A DNA stretch of 64,000 nt from an uncultured Chloroflexia bacterium (lineage in GTDB: Bacteria > Chloroflexota > Limnocylindria > Limnocylindrales > CSP1-4): NCBI GenBank assembly GCA_963735455.1, contig CAVTKZ010000002.1, forward strand, positions 326,009-390,008, written 5' to 3'. Numbering within the stretch: the stretch's first letter is position 1; every line of letters begins with the position of its first letter. Shown here piece by piece: positions 59,253 through 64,000 of the stretch. The position numbers and the translations under genes are program-made. The notes beneath the pieces were generated by a model. It saw only the letters and a program-made list of their open reading frames with translations. It ran no database searches and had not been told where the DNA came from.

Positions 59253-62200
59253 TCAGCTGCAGCCCGAGGTCGAGCCGCAATTCAGGCACTTGTAGCAGCT
59301 CCCGTTGCGGACCATGATCGAGCCGCACTCGGCGCAGGAAGGCGAGTCTTCCTGGACCTGGAACGCGACCCGGGTGGTGCCCAGGGAGCCGCCGGCGACG
59401 GCTGCATGGCCGTTGCCGTTGCCGTTCGAATGGCCGTTGCTCGTGGCGGTATGGCCGATCGATTCGACGACCGGCAGGTTGATCGAGGTGACCGGCGGGA
59501 CCTCGAGCGCGACCGCCGTCGGGCGGCTGCCCTGAGACTCGTCGGGCTCCTCGGCCGCGGCCGGCGAATCCGACTCGGGCGCGACGGCCAGCGACACGGC
59601 ACCGAACGAGACGGGTGCCGAATCGACGACCGCGCCGCGGTCGATCAGCCCGATCTGGGCCTTCTCGTCGGCCGGCAGGAAGCGGCTGCCCATCCAGCGG
59701 AAGACGTAGTCGACGATCGACTTGGCGATCGGGATCTCCTGGTTGCCGGTGAAGCCGCTCGGCTCGAACCGGACATGGGCGAACTTGTTGACCAGGTCGC
59801 GCAGCGGAACGCCGTACTGGAGGGCCAGGCTGACCGAGGTGGCCAGCGAGTCCATCAGGCCGGAGACGGTCGAGCCTTCCTTGGCCATCTTCAGGAAGAT
59901 CTCGCCCGGCTGGCCGTCGGGATACAGGCCGACGGTGATGTAGCCCTCGTGCCCGGCGACGTCGAACTTGTGGGTCACGGCGGCCCGCTCGACCGGCAGT
60001 CGCCGGCGATGGGGCTTCTTGGCCTCGGCCTGGGCCACCGCGAGCTGGGCTCGAAGCTCGGCGACGACGCCCGTGTCGACCTCTTCGCCGGAGTCCTTCT
60101 TCTTGCCGGTGCTGAGCGGCTGGCTGCGCTTGCTGCCATCACGGTAGATCGCGATTGCCTTGAGGCCCAGCTTCCAGCCCTGGAGGTAGACCTCCTCGAT
60201 CTGCTCCGGGGTGGCCGCTTCGGGCATGTTGACGGTCTTGCTGATCGCGCCGGAGATGAACGGCTGGATCGCGCCCATCATCCGGACGTGGCCCATGTAG
60301 GCGATCGAGCGCTCGCCGTTGACCGGCTTGAAGGCGCAGTCGAAGACCGACAGGTGCTCGGCCTTGAGATGGGGCGCGCCTTCGATCGTCTCGCGCTCGT
60401 TGATGTAGGCGAGGATGTCCTCGACCTGCTCGGGCGCGTAGCCCAGCTTGCGCAGCGCCGCCGGGACCGTCTGGTTGACGATCTTGAGGAAGCCTTCGCC
60501 GACGAGCTTCTTGTACTTGATCAGGGCGATGTCCGGCTCGACCCCGGTCGTATCGCAATCCATCATGAACGCGATCGTGCCGGTCGGGGCGAGGACGGTG
60601 ACCTGGGCGTTGCGGTAGCCGTTGGCTTGGCCGAGCTCGAGGGCCTCGTCGAAGACGGACCGGGCAGCCGCGATCATGTCCGCCGGCACGGCCTGGTCGG
60701 CCGGGATCTGGTAGGCGGCGTCGCGGTGCTTGCGGATGACCCGCAGGAACGGGCCCTCGTTGATCGAGTAGTCGTGGAACGGCCCACCGTGATCGCGGGC
60801 GATGACGGCGCTCTGGCGGTAGGCCTCGCCGTGCATGATCGCGGTCAAGGCTGCGGCGTAGTTGCGGCCCTCATCGCTGTCGTAGGCCAGGCCCCGGCTC
60901 ATCAACAGGGCGCCCAGGTTGGCGTAGCCCAGCCCGAGCGGCCGGAAGCGGTGCGAGTTCTCCTCGATCCGCGGCGTGGGGTAGCTGGCGTTGTCGACCA
61001 GGATCTCCTGGGCGGTGATCGTCAGCCGGGCGGCATAGCGGTAGGACTCGACGTCGAACTCGCCGTCCTCGCGCACGAACTGCATCAGGTTGAGGCTGGC
61101 CAGGTTGCAGGCCGTGTCGTTCAGGAACATGTACTCGGAGCAGGGATTGGAGGCATAGATCCGATCCGAGTTGGCCGAGGTGTGCCAGTCGTTGATCGTC
61201 GTGTCGTACTGGATGCCGGGGTCGCCGCACAGGTGGGCTGCATCGGCCATCCGCTTGAAGATGTCGCGCGCCTTGTAGGTGCCCATCGGCGCCCCGTCGA
61301 CGACGGCATGGGTGGTCCACTCGCCATCGGCTTCGACGGCATTCATGAACTCGTCGGTGACCCGCACCGAGTGGTTGGCGTTCTGGAACGAGACCGAGCC
61401 GTAGGCCTCACCGGTGAACGACGGGTCATAGCCCTGCTCGATCAGCGCCCAGGCCTTCTTCTCCTCGAGCATCTTCGAGTCGATGAAGTCGAGCACGTCA
61501 GGGTGATCGGCGTCGAGGATCACCATCTTGGCCGCCCGCCGGGTCTTGCCACCCGACTTGACCACGCCCGCGAAGGCGTCGTAGCCGCGCATGAAGCTGA
61601 CCGGGCCGGAGGCCGTCCCGCCACCCGACATCCGCTCGCGCGAGGACCGGATGGGGCTCAGGTTGGAACCCGCGCCCGAGCCGAACTTGAACAGCATCGC
61701 CTCGGTCTTGGCCAGGTCCATGATGCTGCTCATCGAGTCCTGGACCGAGTTGATGAAGCAGGCGGAGCACTGCGGCCGGGCCTCGATGCCGACGTTGAAC
61801 CAGACCGGCGAGTTGAAGCTCATCTTCTGGTGGACGAGCAGGTGGGCCAGCTCGGCCTTGAACGTGGCGAGGTCCTCGTCGGAGGCGAAGTAGCGCTGGG
61901 TCTCGGCCCACGCGGCGATCGTGTTGACCACCCGGTCGATCAGCTGCCGGACGCTGGTCTCGCGTTCGGGCGTGCCGACATGGCCGCGGAAGTACTTGCT
62001 CACGACGACGTTCGTGGCGAGCTGGCTCCAGAAGCTCGGGACCTCGACGTCCTTCTGCTCGAAGACGAGCTTGCCCGACTCGTTGCCGATCGCGGCGGTC
62101 CGGGTCTCCCAGGCGATCTCGTCGTAGGGATGGACGCCCGGCCGGGTCCAGCGCCGTTCGAAGGTCAGGCCCTTGGCCGGCCGGCCATCCGGCCGACGAC

Positions 62201-62384
62201 CGTCGAAGCTGGCACCGTACGGACCGGCGTGGCGGGCCTGGGTCTTGAGCAGGACCTTGCCCCCGGCCTTGTCGGCCGCCTTGCTCGCCCGTTCCGGGCG
62301 ACCCGAGCGGCGCTTGTCCTGGCTCACGTCGAGGCGTGCGCCGTCATCCACCATCGAGATCGAATCCGGGGCGACACGGACCAC
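59253..62384 (-). CDS. nrdJ: Adenosylcobalamin-dependent (class II) ribonucleotide reductase with a C-terminal Cys-rich zinc-ribbon
   Basis: 1043 aa. Motifs are VVSKYF, SACFI, FKFGSGAGSNLSPIR, the catalytic-Cys region NPCSEY, TNLAPTGTI-like LAPTGTIAF and KTVNMP. The C-terminus is CAECGSIMVRNGSCYKCLNCGSTSGCS. GGAGGAGAGGAG lies 6 nt before GTG 62384. Confidence 0.95.
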   Translation of the reverse strand: MVRVAPDSISMVDDGARLDVSQDKRRSGRPERASKAADKAGGKVLLKTQARHAGPYGASFDGRRPDGRPAKGLTFERRWTRPGVHPYDEIAWETRTAAIGNESGKLVFEQKDVEVPSFWSQLATNVVVSKYFRGHVGTPERETSVRQLIDRVVNTIAAWAETQRYFASDEDLATFKAELAHLLVHQKMSFNSPVWFNVGIEARPQCSACFINSVQDSMSSIMDLAKTEAMLFKFGSGAGSNLSPIRSSRERMSGGGTASGPVSFMRGYDAFAGVVKSGGKTRRAAKMVILDADHPDVLDFIDSKMLEEKKAWALIEQGYDPSFTGEAYGSVSFQNANHSVRVTDEFMNAVEADGEWTTHAVVDGAPMGTYKARDIFKRMADAAHLCGDPGIQYDTTINDWHTSANSDRIYASNPCSEYMFLNDTACNLASLNLMQFVREDGEFDVESYRYAARLTITAQEILVDNASYPTPRIEENSHRFRPLGLGYANLGALLMSRGLAYDSDEGRNYAAALTAIMHGEAYRQSAVIARDHGGPFHDYSINEGPFLRVIRKHRDAAYQIPADQAVPADMIAAARSVFDEALELGQANGYRNAQVTVLAPTGTIAFMMDCDTTGVEPDIALIKYKKLVGEGFLKIVNQTVPAALRKLGYAPEQVEDILAYINERETIEGAPHLKAEHLSVFDCAFKPVNGERSIAYMGHVRMMGAIQPFISGAISKTVNMPEAATPEQIEEVYLQGWKLGLKAIAIYRDGSKRSQPLSTGKKKDSGEEVDTGVVAELRAQLAVAQAEAKKPHRRRLPVERAAVTHKFDVAGHEGYITVGLYPDGQPGEIFLKMAKEGSTVSGLMDSLATSVSLALQYGVPLRDLVNKFAHVRFEPSGFTGNQEIPIAKSIVDYVFRWMGSRFLPADEKAQIGLIDRGAVVDSAPVSFGAVSLAVAPESDSPAAAEEPDESQGSRPTAVALEVPPVTSINLPVVESIGHTATSNGHSNGNGNGHAAVAGGSLGTTRVAFQVQEDSPSCAECGSIMVRNGSCYKCLNCGSTSGCS

Positions 62385-62783
62385 TGGTTGCTCCTCTCCT
62401 CCAATCCGCCCATCGTCTGATCGATGGGGCGGCTGGTTTGCTCGGGGTCCATCCCTGCCTGGTCTGGCGGCAAGGCGATGAACCGATCGTTCCAGATCAG
62501 GCTCGTGCGACGGGTAGGCCGACGGCCGGGTCTGGGCGGTGGCTGGTTGGACGGCTCCCGGTCCGAAGGTCGGACCCGGAGCGATGGTGTGACGGCGCTG
62601 CGGCTAGGGGCGCTGCAGAAACCGGAGCCAGTTTTGGGCGATGCCGGTCCTCGGTCCGGTAGCTGCGACCACGATCCGATCAAGCCGCTCGATCTGGGGC
62701 CGATGATCGTCTTCCGCGGAGGTCCGACCTGACGGCCGGCGGCCTCCCGAGCGATCCTTCGGGGCGTCCCGAGTGACCCGTCT

Positions 62784-62812
62784 ACGTTACGCTTCGGGCG
62801 ACGCGCCGTCAA
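62784..62812 (-). promoter_or_regulatory. Putative nrdJ promoter (TTGACG-N17-TAACGT)
   Basis: On the minus strand, TTGACG (62812..62807), a 17-nt spacer, then TAACGT (62789..62784). This implies a 5' leader of about 390 nt. Confidence 0.4.
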
Positions 62813-62819
62813 CCCCAAA

Positions 62820-62866
62820 ACACAAGATCTAGTGGTGCCTTTCATCACGGCACCGCTACATCGTGT
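62820..62866. promoter_or_regulatory. Tandem NrdR-box-like palindromes
   Basis: ACACAAGATCTAGTGG (62820-35) matches the acaCwAtATaTwGtgt consensus at 13/16. A weaker GCACCGCTACATCGTGT lies at 62850-66, about 31 bp centre to centre. Confidence 0.45.
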
Positions 62867-62891
62867 GCCTGTGGGCAATTCCGCCCCAGCG

Positions 62892-62953
62892 CGTGGATAG
62901 CCCCTCCGACGTTGTGGAGAGGTGCCCAGGCGGCGTGGACAACGTGTGGACGA
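62892..62953 (-). promoter_or_regulatory. Four co-oriented DnaA-box-like TCCAC motifs with helical phasing
   Basis: On the minus strand: TCGTCCACA (62953..45), TTGTCCACG (62942..34), CTCTCCACA (62921..13) and CTATCCACG (62900..892). TCCAC cores are spaced 11, 21 and 21 bp. Confidence 0.4.
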
Positions 62954-63101
62954 GGTGGCCCGCCGAGGCCGGATCGAGGATCGAGGCCGGCCGCTTCGGG
63001 CGCCCGCGGCAGTGGCTCCAGCCGGGCCAACATTAGCACAGCTGTTCGGTTCACCGCGGGTTTCCTCGGTCCATTCCGGCCTTAGGCCATGCCGCGCTCT
63101 G

Positions 63102-63264
63102 TGCATGGTCATTGTGAGCACAAGGCGGGTCGTCAAGGCCCCGTCTGAGGCCTCCAGGCGCGGGCCAATGTGTTCGGGCTGAGCGTGGATTGAGCGTGAA
63201 TTGAGGCGCCGACCATCAGGGCCAGAGGCCTTACGGCCGGCGTTCCCCTTGGAATGACCATGCA
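63102..63264. repeat. Perfect 12-bp inverted repeat bracketing 139 bp
   Basis: TGCATGGTCATT (63102-13) pairs with AATGACCATGCA (63253-64). The interior carries no credible ORF. Confidence 0.8.
63181..63206. repeat. 11-bp tandem repeat, 2.4 copies
   Basis: GAGCGTGGATT GAGCGTGAATT GAGG. Confidence 0.8.
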
Positions 63265-63338
63265 GCGAGAATCGGATGGGCTAAGCCGGCCAAGGTGGGC
63301 AAACGGCCGACCCCACCCGGGACCAACTGACGGGCGCC

Positions 63339-63430
63339 GGGTCGCGCCACTCACCCGGGGCTCGCGCCACGCACCCGGGGCTCGCGCCACGCACCCGGTG
63401 GTCGCGCCACTCCCCACGGCCGCGCCAGTT
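63339..63430. repeat. 20-bp tandem repeat, about 4.5 copies (core TCGCGCCAC)
   Basis: Units are GGGTCGCGCCACTCACCCGG, GGCTCGCGCCACGCACCCGG (twice), TGGTCGCGCCACTCCCCACG and a partial GCCGCGCCAG. They are contiguous, with no spacers. Confidence 0.85.
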
Positions 63431-63451
63431 CGCGGAGAGCTTAGGGGACCC

Positions 63452-64000
63452 TCAGCGGCCGAAGCGGCGGGCCCGCAGCTGGAACGTGCGCAGCGCGCGC
63501 AGGAAGTCGATCTCCCGGAAGGCCGGCCAAAAGGCCTCGCAGAACTGGAGCTCGGAGTAGACCGACTGCCAGGGCAGGAAGCCCGACAGGCGGACCTCGC
63601 CCGAGGTCCGGATGATCAGGTCGGGCTCCGACGAACCGCGGGTGTAGAGGTGATCGGCGACCGATTTCGGCGGTCAGCTGGTCGGCGATGCCCTCCGCCG
63701 GGATGCCCGACGCGGCGGCTGCCCGGACCGTCGAGCGGAAGGCCTCGAGGAGCTCGTCCCGGCCGGAATAGGCCAGGGCGACCGTCACGTCCATCGTGCC
63801 GTCCTCGCGCGACAGGTTGGCCGAGGACTCGACCACCGAGCGGAGGCCCTCGGGCAGCAGGTCGCGCCGGCCGATCACCCGGAGGTGGATCGGCAGGCGG
63901 GTCTTGCGCCGGCCGTCGGCCATCGCCCGGATCGCCTCCTCGGCCACGTCGGTGATGGTGCCCACCTCGTCGGCCGGCCGGCCCAGGTTCTCGAGCGAGA
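63452..64000 (-). pseudogene. uppS: Undecaprenyl-diphosphate synthase (cis-prenyltransferase), 5' end beyond the window, one frame break as sequenced
   Basis: LENLGRPADEVGTITDVAEEAIRAMADGRRKTRLPIHLRVIGRR...MDVTVALAYSGRDEL (63441 frame) continues, after a shift near 63665, as [69 protein letters not shown], with the stop at 63452. Confidence 0.85.

Noticed and set aside
59406-62420. Very long ORFs such as 59406..62420 (+, 1004 aa), 13897..16479 (+), 10462..12357 (+), 4391..6325 (-), 3340..4863 (-) and 28740..31037 (-)
   Set aside because: All are antisense or out of frame to genes with clear family motifs. Their products are dominated by Arg/Pro/Gly/Ala/Asp runs, which is typical of stop-poor shadow frames in roughly 70% GC DNA.
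63339-63430. A CRISPR array suggested by regular 20-bp repeats
   Set aside because: The units are directly contiguous with no spacers, are too short, and no cas genes are present.
62892-63440. Chromosomal oriC, given DnaA-like boxes, repeats and lower GC
   Set aside because: No dnaA, dnaN or other origin-flanking genes are present, there is no clear AT-rich unwinding element, and a regulatory role at nrdJ is more parsimonious. It is kept only as a regulatory finding.

Overview
The window is a very GC-rich (about 70% by eye), gene-dense chromosomal segment of an Actinomycetota- or Chloroflexota-like bacterium. Markers for that placement are F420/deazaflavin-type nitroreductase, a PAC2 protein, ThyX, class II NrdJ and many leaderless genes. 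I see no rRNA, tRNA, CRISPR array, transposase or integrase. About 60 protein genes can be supported, most of them housekeeping or metabolic: acs, moaA, purine nucleoside phosphorylase, thyX, greA, rhlE-like helicase, msrA, tag, nrdJ, uppS, aquaporin, MFS, and ABC systems. High GC creates many long Arg/Pro/Gly-rich shadow ORFs in the track, which I rejected. Main observations follow. (1) An XRE plus XRE-HTH/TPR regulator pair lies divergent from an unannotated 40-codon ORF that encodes a signal-peptide-like pro-peptide; this is an RRNPP-like peptide-signalling architecture in a high-GC genome. (2) About 40 single-base frame breaks cluster in a few genes, including 18 in one peptide ABC operon, 4 in a GNAT gene and at least 7 in a YhaN-like ATPase, and they also hit greA and uppS, while about 50 kb is clean. 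(3) A receiver-ParA/MinD ATPase forms an operon with a very acidic coiled-coil protein. (4) A cyclase-STAND-TPR gene lies divergent from a cNMP-binding protein coupled to a flavoprotein. (5) There are HipA-like kinase/DUF3037 and SatD/DUF3307 modules. (6) Phased TGTCCAC (DnaA-box-like) clusters sit upstream of both punA-thyX and nrdJ, and the roughly 1 kb non-coding nrdJ-uppS spacer is rich in repeats. (7) A TANNNT hexamer lies 6-7 nt before the start codon of 14 genes (8 nt for a fifteenth), which points to leaderless transcription. Every functional call rests on motif recognition by eye. No searches were run.
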